Part shown: positions 9,141 to 17,926 of the stretch, in pieces
Layout of the letters: each line of letters opens with the position of its first letter
Position numbering within the stretch: position 1 is the stretch's first letter
Assembly: GCA_026129095.1 (NCBI GenBank)
Contig: JAHCIT010000001.1
Location: 496,245 to 560,244, forward strand
Direction: 5' to 3'
Source: Deltaproteobacteria bacterium
GTDB taxonomy: Bacteria > JAGRBM01 > JAHCIT01
DNA length: 64,000 nt
Notes under the pieces: generated by a model
What the model was told of the DNA's origin: nothing
What the model saw: only the letters and a program-made list of their open reading frames with translations
Databases searched by the model: none
Program-made: the position numbers and the translations under genes

Positions 9141-9238
9141 CCGGGCGTGCGGTGGGGACTCCCGTGGCCCCACATTGCGCATCGCCACTTCCATGGCTAG
9201 CTACGGCAGGGAGCATTCACCGTGTCGCGCACGCCCGG
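9141..9238 (+). ncRNA. Candidate structured RNA downstream of MuF-PBECR
   Basis: Perfect 11-bp closing stem 9141-9151/9228-9238; hairpins 9152-9173, 9184-9197, 9202-9224; loop CTCCC 9159-9163 complementary to loop GGGAG 9209-9213. Confidence 0.6.
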
Positions 9239-9377
9239 CTAAAATGGATTTTACGGCTCCCTGAACGGCCTGTAAAGGCCGATCTTCCGGACTTATGGAG
9301 GTCAATGTTCCACGCTGAGAACTGCCACTCATCGACTGCATATGTCTGGATTCACGCCACTTTCCGGCTTATGTAGG

Positions 9378-9554
9378 TAAGTACGGCCTGAGGCCGTACT
9401 TAGGTCATTGTTCCACGGAGGCCGTACTTCGGAGAAACTCCTTGCGCGACGCGAGCTTAGGCCGCTTCAATGCCACCGGTGCGCTGCCAAGTTAGGTGAT
9501 TCGTCACAGTGAAGTGCTGCCAAATTAGGTGAGCGGACCAGGCCGTACTTCGGA
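9378..9554. repeat. AGGCCGTACTT repeats (one palindrome plus two direct copies)
   Basis: taagtacggcct-g-aggccgtactta at 9378-9402; aggccgtacttcgga at 9419-9433 and 9540-9554. Confidence 0.9.
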
Positions 9555-9657
9555 ATCCGCGCCGCTGCCATAACTGCCCGATTCATTTGGCGATCCCGCC
9601 AAATCCCGCTTCTTCCCGTCAAGTCCCGCCTGCTGCAATGTTAGGTGCTAGTTCACA
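9483..9657. mobile_element. Mu-type prophage end with three putative transposase-binding sites and terminal CA
   Basis: gctgccaagttaggtga 9483-9499, gctgccaaattaggtga 9516-9532, gctgcaatgttaggtgc 9632-9648, then ...ttcaca ending 9657 at the composition boundary. Confidence 0.75.
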
Positions 9658-10504
9658 CGGCAGCATTAGTTTTCACCCCGGCCGGAGTTTTCGGCATCCA
9701 AGCGATCCGCTGGGGTTCGCCATCCGGAACGCACTTGTACTGGTCAAAATCGGTCTGGCCCGCTGACCGTAGGAAATCTTCGTCGAGAAGTGCGTGACCG
9801 GTAAAGTCCCGGGGCTCTTTTCGAACTATCTCGAATGCCGCATCAGCGAGGATCGTTCCCTTGCGCCACTGTCTCGGTCCGCCGAGACCGAAATTGATAG
9901 TCGCCTGGGATTCGATGATCGTGACCGGCCACAGGGCGTTGGCCGCTATGTTATGCTCACGGACTTCCCCAGCAAGCCCATGGGCGATCAATGTCATACC
10001 GAACTTGGAAATAAAGTAGGCAATCCGCCCAGGCACATGAGAAAGATCAATGGGTGGGCTCATCATGATGATATGGCCCCATTTCTGGGCGATCATCCCC
10101 GGCAGGAATGCACGCGTTACGAGATAAGTCCCCCGAGAGTTCACCTCGTGCACAAGATTGTATTTTTTCACATCAGTCTCGATCATCGGCTTCCACCACA
10201 GGGCGCCAGCATTGTTCACGACAATATCCGCATGGCCAAAACGGTCCAGCACTGCCTTTGCCATCGAATCGATCGACTCCGGATCACGCACGTTGCAGAC
10301 TACCGGGAACGCTTTGACGCCCAGCTTTTCACACTCCTCGGCAACACTGTAGATCGACCCAGGAAGCCGCTCGGTGGATTCGGTGGACTTGGCAGCAACG
10401 ACAATGCTGCACCCCTCGGATGCAAACTTGAGCGCAATATCCCGCCCGATGCCTCGGGAACCTCCCGTAATTACTGCCACTTTCCCTTCAAGATGTTTCC
10501 CCAT
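9653..10504 (-). CDS. SDR family oxidoreductase (HSDL2-like)
   Basis: TGGSRGIG, VNNAG, YFISK, NALWP motifs. Confidence 0.93.
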   Translation of the reverse strand: MGKHLEGKVAVITGGSRGIGRDIALKFASEGCSIVVAAKSTESTERLPGSIYSVAEECEKLGVKAFPVVCNVRDPESIDSMAKAVLDRFGHADIVVNNAGALWWKPMIETDVKKYNLVHEVNSRGTYLVTRAFLPGMIAQKWGHIIMMSPPIDLSHVPGRIAYFISKFGMTLIAHGLAGEVREHNIAANALWPVTIIESQATINFGLGGPRQWRKGTILADAAFEIVRKEPRDFTGHALLDEDFLRSAGQTDFDQYKCVPDGEPQRIAWMPKTPAGVKTNAAV

Positions 10505-10673
10505 GATTCAAAAAACTCCCGGTCAGTTCCATCCAGCAAATGAAACGCCCGATGGCGCCAAACTTCATGCGTGAGGCACCGTGGATATTTGGTCATCAGG
10601 AACCGGAGGGCAAGGCCTGCTAAGGCCTTTCCGGTTTTCTACCGGCTCCGGGAACGCTAGGCTTGCATTGCAA

Positions 10674-12104
10674 ATGGTTATCCGTTCACCAACTGACATC
10701 ACACATCTTGGTGCGCTTGGACTTGCCCATGCGATCCGCGCCGGCGAACTGTCACCGCTCAATGCCGTGGACGCATTCATTGCCCGTATTGAAGCTGTCA
10801 ATCCGAGACTGAATGCCGTCGTCGCGAACCGCTATGATGAAGCCCGGAGGGAAGCCCGGACTGCCGCCGAGCGGCTCGCCAAATCTGGCGACCCGCCGCC
10901 GCTGCTTGGCGTCCCGTTCACTGTGAAAGAGGCCATTGCCGTCACCGGATGTCCGCATACGGCAGGATCGGTCTACCGGAAACGGATAATTGCGCACACC
11001 GATGCCATCGCCGTCCAGCGGCTTCGCCGGTCGGGTGCGATTCCCATCGCCAGCACCAATATATCCGAGATGTGCATGTGGATGGAGAGTTACAATCTGG
11101 TCTATGGCCGAACGAACAACCCCTATGACCTTGGCCGAATCCCGGGCGGGTCGAGCGGTGGTGAGGGATCGATTCTCGGGGCTGGCGCATCACCTTTTGG
11201 AGTGGGCGGCGACGTAGGTGGATCCATTCGCATGCCAGCATTCTTCTGCGGCATCTTCGGCCACAAGCCAACTGGCGGCCTGGTACCCGTGGATGGGCAC
11301 GCCCCTGAACCCATGGGCGATGTCCGGCGATATTGCACCATAGGGCCCATGACACGACATGCTGCGGATCTGGAGCCCCTGCTCAGCATTATGAGCGATA
11401 CTCCTGTCCCGAACACCGATCCCGTTAGTTTCCGGGACCGCGTTGTCTATACCTGCGAAGGACTCGATTTTCCGCTCCCTCCCGCAACTGATGAGCTGAA
11501 GGATGCGCTCCGGCGGGCGGCCTCGGTATTCCGCGAACTGGGCGCTCAGGTCCGGCCATTTGATCCCAAAAAATTTGGTAACGCATTCTTCATCTGGAGC
11601 GCCATGCTGCATGAGGGCGGAAACCCTGAATTTGCCCGCATCATGACCGAGGGCAAAGACCCCGATCTTGTGGCGGAAACTGTCCGCTTCATCCTCGGCC
11701 GGGGACGGCACACCGTACCTGCGCTGGCACTCGCTATTCTTGAAAAACTGCTTGATGTGATACCGGGCGATGGGACCCGGCGGCTTGCGAAAAAAGGCCT
11801 GGAGGTACGGTCCGAATTCGAAAAAATCCTCGGTGACAATGCCATCCTGCTGATGCCTACTCACCCGCGACCAGCTCCCCGGCACAACGCACCGCTTCTC
11901 CGGCCAATGGATTTCGCTTACACGGGAATTTTTAACGTTCTGGAGGCACCTGTGACTTCTGTCCCCATGGGATACGGACAAGAAGGCGTACCACTCGGCA
12001 TCCAGGTCGCCGCCCGCCACGGCCGCGACCGGCTGACGATTGCTGCCGCTCGAGTGCTGGAAGAGGCGCTTGGCGGTTGGGTGCCACCCAAAATCCTCGG
12101 CTAA
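10674..12104 (+). CDS. Amidase (amidase-signature family)
   Basis: GVPFTVKE, PGGSSGGEG, GGDVGGSIRMPA. Confidence 0.93.
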   Translation: MVIRSPTDITHLGALGLAHAIRAGELSPLNAVDAFIARIEAVNPRLNAVVANRYDEARREARTAAERLAKSGDPPPLLGVPFTVKEAIAVTGCPHTAGSVYRKRIIAHTDAIAVQRLRRSGAIPIASTNISEMCMWMESYNLVYGRTNNPYDLGRIPGGSSGGEGSILGAGASPFGVGGDVGGSIRMPAFFCGIFGHKPTGGLVPVDGHAPEPMGDVRRYCTIGPMTRHAADLEPLLSIMSDTPVPNTDPVSFRDRVVYTCEGLDFPLPPATDELKDALRRAASVFRELGAQVRPFDPKKFGNAFFIWSAMLHEGGNPEFARIMTEGKDPDLVAETVRFILGRGRHTVPALALAILEKLLDVIPGDGTRRLAKKGLEVRSEFEKILGDNAILLMPTHPRPAPRHNAPLLRPMDFAYTGIFNVLEAPVTSVPMGYGQEGVPLGIQVAARHGRDRLTIAAARVLEEALGGWVPPKILG

Positions 12105-12110
12105 AAGCCG

Positions 12111-12749
12111 CTACCGGTCATCATCCCGGACAACCATTTCGATCGTCCGCGCCTTTTCGCACCCCTTGAGCGAGCCGACTGCTCCCTCAACAACGCCAGC
12201 GACTATTTCCTGCAGATGTGCCTTTAGTGGTACACGTTTCCCGTCTACCCGCAAGGCCACCCGGTTGCCCGGCGGGGCAACAAGCTCGCTTCGGATAAAA
12301 TCGACAAGGGAATCCGGACCAGGGAAATGACGGAGGCCCTCCACCGGCACATCCCCATAAATCCCCAGCAACTCACCGTGAGGTACCATCGGCTTCGATG
12401 AAATGGCTTTCCGCACTACCTCGATCTTGGGAAGCGGCGAGTCACGGAAGCCTTCCAGCAGCACAACGTCACAGCCGGCAAACCGTTCTTCAACCGCATG
12501 GACATGCTGGACAGGTCCATCTTCAAAAGTGGACGTCATACCCGGTGAAAGCAGAACACTCTTCAGCGCTCCTGCCCTGAGATGCCGGGTAGTATCCTTG
12601 CCCTCGACGGCAGCCTCGGCCTTGCCATGGCCATCAGCCTTGAGCGTACCAGTGCGGATACCCAAGTCGGTCAGCCGCCGGACGAGTATTTCGATCAGAG
12701 TTGTTTTTCCGCTGTTGGAAGCCCCGCAAATAACGAGTGTCCGCAGCAT
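12111..12749 (-). CDS. mobB: Molybdopterin-guanine dinucleotide biosynthesis protein B
   Basis: GASNSGKTT, GKDTTRHLRAGA, DVVLLEGF, PKIEV. Confidence 0.88.
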   Translation of the reverse strand: MLRTLVICGASNSGKTTLIEILVRRLTDLGIRTGTLKADGHGKAEAAVEGKDTTRHLRAGALKSVLLSPGMTSTFEDGPVQHVHAVEERFAGCDVVLLEGFRDSPLPKIEVVRKAISSKPMVPHGELLGIYGDVPVEGLRHFPGPDSLVDFIRSELVAPPGNRVALRVDGKRVPLKAHLQEIVAGVVEGAVGSLKGCEKARTIEMVVRDDDR

Positions 12750-12790
12750 AATTACGAATCTGGCCTCTATCTAAATGACCGCGCCCGGCA

Positions 12791-15235
12791 TCAGGACCGC
12801 TGGTTGCCTTCGCGAATCACCAGTGTCTGTCCGGCACGAATACGATCCAGATTAACGCCAGGATTCGAGCGGCGAAGGTCAGTAAGCGAAACACCATAAC
12901 GGCGCGCAATGGCGCTAGCATTCTCGCCCGAGCGAACCTTGTGCAACCGCTCCACGCCGGCAGGAATATTGTTCCGGGCCGCGGTGGCTGTCGTGACGGA
13001 CGTTGCTGATGGTAATGCCGGACGGAGTACAAGCCTGTCGCCTACATGCAGACGGTCCAGATTCTTGCCGGGATTGAGCCGAGTGATCTGGTTGATCGTG
13101 AGCCCGTAACGACGGGCGATCGTCGTGGCATTTTCACCGGAACGGACCATATGCAATCTGGGCAAACCTGTATCCGGAGCCGAACTGGAGGCTGATGCCG
13201 AAACCGATTTCGTTATGGGACGCGATGCGGGCGACGTTTCCAGAAGTGCAACCTGGATTCTCTGACCGGCATATATCCGGTTTAAATCCACACCCGGATT
13301 GAGCCGGCGCAGATCCGTCAGCGAAATGCCTGCATCACGGGCAATTGCAATAGCCGTATCACCAGCCCGAATCCGGTAGTTGCCGTCACCAGAGGTATAC
13401 CCGCCACCAGCACTCGCCGGGGCGGAGAATTTCAGGGGGCGCTCTTCAACCATCCCCTTGATGGGATTAACCGGACTGTTTGACACGTCATCCGGCAGCG
13501 GACGGACCTCCACATAGGGCGAAGCCGTCGAGGCGAGAGCCACACTTCGTGCATCACCGGTCGACTTGTAGATCGTAAGCACGTCGCCCGCATTCACTCC
13601 TTCACGGCGACCTATACGGTTCCAGAGCTTAAGCGCATTTTTGGTCACACCGTACTGGCTGGCAATGCTGCGCAGGTTTTCCCGCGACACGACCACATGA
13701 CCCACTTCACGGGCATTCATCGGCTCCACTGCATCGTGCCGCTTGAGCAGATTGCGGGCATGCTTCCAGTTTTTGGGGAGTTCCAGCGGCTCCATCGTGC
13801 GCGGTACCGGAAGAACCAGCATTTGTCCCGTACGAACTGCCTTTACGCCGCCGTTCATCTGGGAAATGGCGTCCGGGTCAGTGGCGAACTTGTAGGCAAC
13901 CGACAACAGCGTGTCGCCTCCAGCCACCTCATAGCGCATAAAATCATCGAGTCCTTCGGACTGGGTAAGTTCATCGAAACGGGCAAGAAAACCGGGACCC
14001 TTGCCGCCCGGAACCCGAATCTCATAGCTGGCTACATTCGGGGGAACGAACCACCGGAGCAGGTGCGGGTTGAGTCGCTTGATGTCCTCAAAGTCACACT
14101 CGGCAGCCGTGGCAACCAGGTACAGGCTGGTCCCGCCGGGAACCGTCACCGTGTCGTAGTCGAATGCTTCGACTTCGGGGAGATGATGAAAGCCAAATTT
14201 CTCAGGCGCCTGGGCGATAATCGCGGCGGCCATGTATTTCGGCACGTACTCCCGGGTTTCGGGGAACAGACCTATCCGCTTACTGCGGATAGTACGCATC
14301 GCCCAGAAGTTGTCCGAACCGCTGCGTCGCTTGGTTGCACGAATTTTCCCTTCACCGGTATTATAGGCGGCAAAGGCCAGATACCAGCTTCCGAATTCGT
14401 TGTAGAGGTTTTCCAGATAACTGGCCGCCGCATGCGTCGCCCGTATGGGATCACGCCGTTCGTCCACCCACCAGTTTATCGCCATGTTGTATCTCACGCC
14501 CGTCGGCGCGATGAACTGCCATAGTCCCACTGCACGGGCCGTTGAATAGGCCCGCACATTGAATCCACTCTCGATCATGGCGAGGTAAATAATCTCTTCA
14601 GGCAGCCCCCGGTCTTGCAAAATCTGGCGAATCAGCGGCGAATAACGCTTCTCGCGGGCAAGCCAGCGCTCCATATAGGGGGCACCCTTGGGGCTGACAA
14701 AATAGGCAATCCATTTTTCGACGACTGAATTGTAAACAATCGGGACAAAGTGACGTGGTGTTTTCCCCTCGGACGGAAACCCTCTGAATACGGTCAATCC
14801 TCCCAGCCGCTCCGACAGCTCTGTGTCGTGCTGAGAGAAAAAACCATCCGACGGCAGGATGATCTCACGAGCGGTCTGTCCCTCGACTTCCGGCACGTCG
14901 GCTGGAATCTCTTCCATTTCTTCCAAGCCCTCGGACAGGAACGACTCAAAAGGGTCGGCACCCTCGCTATCGAGGGAAGCAACCGCGGCACTGTCTTCAG
15001 CGTCGGTGTCGTCAAGAGAATTATCGGCCGCATTCCCAGCGTCAGCCAGAGGCTCATTCTGGGAAATGGGGGAAACGGTGGCAGACGGAACGACGGGCTC
15101 CAGCGATGAGCCTATTCGGACCCAGTCACCTGCCTCCAGTTCCGCCACAGTTGGCGGAGGTGCCGCTTTCGTGGCACAGGATACGAGAAAAAAACCACCC
15201 ATGGCGGTCAGGGTCTTCAGGGAAAACCACTTCAT
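12791..15235 (-). CDS. mltD: Membrane-bound lytic murein transglycosylase D with multiple LysM domains
   Basis: LAMIESGF, AVGLWQFI, AAYNTG, ETREYVPK; several LysM repeats; lipobox LVSC; start uncertain. Confidence 0.88.
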   Translation of the reverse strand: MKWFSLKTLTAMGGFFLVSCATKAAPPPTVAELEAGDWVRIGSSLEPVVPSATVSPISQNEPLADAGNAADNSLDDTDAEDSAAVASLDSEGADPFESFLSEGLEEMEEIPADVPEVEGQTAREIILPSDGFFSQHDTELSERLGGLTVFRGFPSEGKTPRHFVPIVYNSVVEKWIAYFVSPKGAPYMERWLAREKRYSPLIRQILQDRGLPEEIIYLAMIESGFNVRAYSTARAVGLWQFIAPTGVRYNMAINWWVDERRDPIRATHAAASYLENLYNEFGSWYLAFAAYNTGEGKIRATKRRSGSDNFWAMRTIRSKRIGLFPETREYVPKYMAAAIIAQAPEKFGFHHLPEVEAFDYDTVTVPGGTSLYLVATAAECDFEDIKRLNPHLLRWFVPPNVASYEIRVPGGKGPGFLARFDELTQSEGLDDFMRYEVAGGDTLLSVAYKFATDPDAISQMNGGVKAVRTGQMLVLPVPRTMEPLELPKNWKHARNLLKRHDAVEPMNAREVGHVVVSRENLRSIASQYGVTKNALKLWNRIGRREGVNAGDVLTIYKSTGDARSVALASTASPYVEVRPLPDDVSNSPVNPIKGMVEERPLKFSAPASAGGGYTSGDGNYRIRAGDTAIAIARDAGISLTDLRRLNPGVDLNRIYAGQRIQVALLETSPASRPITKSVSASASSSAPDTGLPRLHMVRSGENATTIARRYGLTINQITRLNPGKNLDRLHVGDRLVLRPALPSATSVTTATAARNNIPAGVERLHKVRSGENASAIARRYGVSLTDLRRSNPGVNLDRIRAGQTLVIREGNQRS

Positions 15236-15526
15236 CCGGATTTCAGGCCTCCAAGTTGTATCGCCCCACCTGGCATTTTCCGAACGGTTGTGTGCAGCGC
15301 CTCTGGTCGACGCGCCGTCCGGTTTCCTTGAAAAACGGATGGAATTCCACCACTTAAGGAGTTCCACCCGCCCCAGCGGCGAATCGTTACGACGCTCCGC
15401 AAAAGGAAAAGTTCGCTCTTTGTCATTGTGTCCATCTTGATCCGAAGGGTCAACTGGTTTTCAAGCGGTTTTCGGATTAACGGACATTCCATAAGTAACA
15501 TTAATTTCAGGGAGTTAGGCCCGGAC

Positions 15527-17926
15527 TTGTCCACAATCACTCTGACACTGTCTGTTGCCCAGAACTGGTCGCTCGACCGGCTTGAATGGCCAGCCGTACG
15601 TGTCGCTCTTTCGGCATTTTGCCAGAGTCCCTTGGCGGCCGAGCGCATGCGCTCTCTTACGCCGAATCTTTCTCGTCAAGATGTGGAACGGATTTATACG
15701 CTGATCCGGGCTGCGACCGAAGTCGATCGTTTAGGTGCATGGCCCGGTCTCGCGAACCTTGTGGACATCACACCAGTTACGGCTCGTGCCGAACGCGGTG
15801 CTGTACTGGAAGGAACCGAACTGCGTGACGTGGCAAACCTAGCCAGCGCCGCACGGAGCTATCACCGGGTGCTGGGCCATTACAGTAACGGCCGGCCAGC
15901 ACTTGCCGGCTGGCTCGCGCGAATACAGCCGGTAGATGAACTCCTTGACGTACTGGAAGATTCGCTCGACGCGGACGGTTCGCTCAAGGACAGCGCTTCG
16001 CCCGAACTGGCGCGCCTCCGTGAAGAAGTGCGTCACCGGTCACAGGGACTTCGAACGCGTCTGATGGAAGTATTGCGGTCATCCAGGTTCCAGCCGTTCC
16101 TGCAGGACGAATTTTTCACACTCCGTGAAAACCGGTTCGTTGTTCCGCTGAAAGCCGGCGCTCAGGCACAGATTGACGGCATTGTGCACGATACATCCAA
16201 TACTGGCGCGACTGTGTTTATCGAGCCTGTCGAGGTGATCGACGCGAACAACCGGCTAAAAACGGCCATGGCAGACCTGGCCCGCGAGGAACTCCGCATC
16301 CGGCGCGAACTATCCACACAAGTGGCCGCCCGGTCTTTCCGGTTGTCCACAAACTTGGAATTGCTCACCGAGATCGACCTCATTCTGGCCCGGGTACGAT
16401 ATGCGGTTCGTGCTGAAGCGACAGTGCCGGACCTCGCCCCGCCAGACTCCCGGGGATTTCACTTGAAGGCACTGGCCCACCCCCTGCTCCGGCTCCAGCA
16501 AGTACCATGCGTAACGAATGATCTGAAAATCGACGCCAGGTGCCGCATGGTTATTGTGAGCGGACCCAATACTGGAGGGAAAACCGTCCTGCTCAAATCA
16601 CTGGGACTCGCATCCCTGTGTGTACGTGCCGGTGTCCCGGTATCTGCTGCTGAAGGAACCCAGATACCTTTTGTACCGGCGGTTTATGCAGATATCGGCG
16701 ATACCCAAGATCTTTCCGGCGCGTTATCCAGTTTTTCCGGACACCTTTTTCAGATTCGCCGGATTCTGGAAGAGGCCCAGCCGGGCTCAGTCGCTGTAAT
16801 GGACGAACTGATAAGCGGAACCGATCCAGCGGAGGGTTCGGCACTGGGCCGGGCCCTACTGGACTCGCTTGATGCGCGTGGCGTCCTCGCCGTTATTTCG
16901 ACACATTACGACGATCTGAAGCTGTTACCGTCTGAAAATGGGCGGCGGCTGGTGGCGGGGATGGAATTCGATCCAGTGACGCTGAAGCCGACTTACCGTA
17001 TCCGGGTGGGTGTACCTGGCCATTCACGGGCAATAGAGGTGGCGGACAGGCTTGGTTTCCCGGCGGAAATTATCGAGAGGGCGCAGGGGTTCCTGTCTGA
17101 ATCCGGTCGTGAGGTAACTCGTCTCATTGAGGAGCTGGAGGACCGGAACCAGACGCTTGAGCTGGAACGCAATGCCCTCATTGGCGAAAGAAAAGACCTT
17201 GAGAAAACCGAGCGGGAACTCAGGGCCGAAATTGCCAAGCTGAAAACGGCCGAAGGCAAAAAACTGGGCACTGACGTCGCGCAACTCCGCGAAGAAGTAA
17301 ACGAACTCCGGAGCCTGGTAAAAATGATCCGTAAACAGGCAGAGACAAAAGCCGGAGCCCGCGATCTGGTAAAACGGGCCGATTCAGCCATTCAGCGGGC
17401 TATACATCTTTCAGGAAAAGCCCAGTCCGTAGAGATTGCCCGTGATGCCAGCCCCGCCCTGACCAAAGAGGCCGCCCGGCCGGGAACACCCGTGCGGCTT
17501 CGGGGATCAGATACCATCGGCCGGATCGATTCGGTTCCGGATGGAAAGGGACGCGTCTGGGTGGAGTTCAGCGGCCAACGTACGCAAACCACACTCGACC
17601 GCCTGATTCCAGTCAAAACAGCAAAAGCCAAGGAACGCCGCCAGTGGATTCCGCTCGGTGCGAAGATGGAATCCAGACTGGATGATATCGAGCTTGATCT
17701 TCATGGTATGCGTGAAGAAGAAGCCCTAAAGGAAGTAGAGAAATTTCTGGATACGGCGATGGCCCAGAACATGGACAAAGTGCGGATTATCCACGGCTTA
17801 GGTAGCGGAAGACTCCAGAAGGCCGTTCGTGAATACCTGAAATGTTCACCTTATGTCGCCCGGTTCGAAACGGCAGTGCCACAGGCTGGCGGCCACGGTG
17901 TTACCGAAGTTCTCTTGAAAGGATGA
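15527..17926 (+). CDS. mutS2: MutS2 with C-terminal Smr domain
   Basis: SGPNTGGKTV, LSSFSGH, DELISGTDPAEG, LDLHG, IIHGLGSGRL; TTG start estimated. Confidence 0.92.
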   Translation: MSTITLTLSVAQNWSLDRLEWPAVRVALSAFCQSPLAAERMRSLTPNLSRQDVERIYTLIRAATEVDRLGAWPGLANLVDITPVTARAERGAVLEGTELRDVANLASAARSYHRVLGHYSNGRPALAGWLARIQPVDELLDVLEDSLDADGSLKDSASPELARLREEVRHRSQGLRTRLMEVLRSSRFQPFLQDEFFTLRENRFVVPLKAGAQAQIDGIVHDTSNTGATVFIEPVEVIDANNRLKTAMADLAREELRIRRELSTQVAARSFRLSTNLELLTEIDLILARVRYAVRAEATVPDLAPPDSRGFHLKALAHPLLRLQQVPCVTNDLKIDARCRMVIVSGPNTGGKTVLLKSLGLASLCVRAGVPVSAAEGTQIPFVPAVYADIGDTQDLSGALSSFSGHLFQIRRILEEAQPGSVAVMDELISGTDPAEGSALGRALLDSLDARGVLAVISTHYDDLKLLPSENGRRLVAGMEFDPVTLKPTYRIRVGVPGHSRAIEVADRLGFPAEIIERAQGFLSESGREVTRLIEELEDRNQTLELERNALIGERKDLEKTERELRAEIAKLKTAEGKKLGTDVAQLREEVNELRSLVKMIRKQAETKAGARDLVKRADSAIQRAIHLSGKAQSVEIARDASPALTKEAARPGTPVRLRGSDTIGRIDSVPDGKGRVWVEFSGQRTQTTLDRLIPVKTAKAKERRQWIPLGAKMESRLDDIELDLHGMREEEALKEVEKFLDTAMAQNMDKVRIIHGLGSGRLQKAVREYLKCSPYVARFETAVPQAGGHGVTEVLLKG

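Larger units (their letters stand above)
1..9657. mobile_element. Mu-like transposable prophage remnant (rearranged; continues left of the window)
   Basis: Mu-type gp29, gp30 and gp43-gp48 homologues plus tail fibre; visibly higher GC than the rest of the window; repeated end motifs and terminal CA at 9656-9657. Confidence 0.9.

Noticed and set aside
9141-9238. Canonical tRNA or intrinsic terminator
   Set aside because: No TTC T-loop, canonical anticodon arm or CCA; multi-branched with no adjacent U-tract
9122-9376. 84-aa ORF as MuF immunity protein
   Set aside because: GTG start overlaps the MuF end, it runs through the structured element, and the translation has no recognisable features; not fully excluded
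9378-9650. CRISPR array
   Set aside because: Repeats are 11-17 nt, irregularly spaced, of two families and mixed orientation; no cas genes
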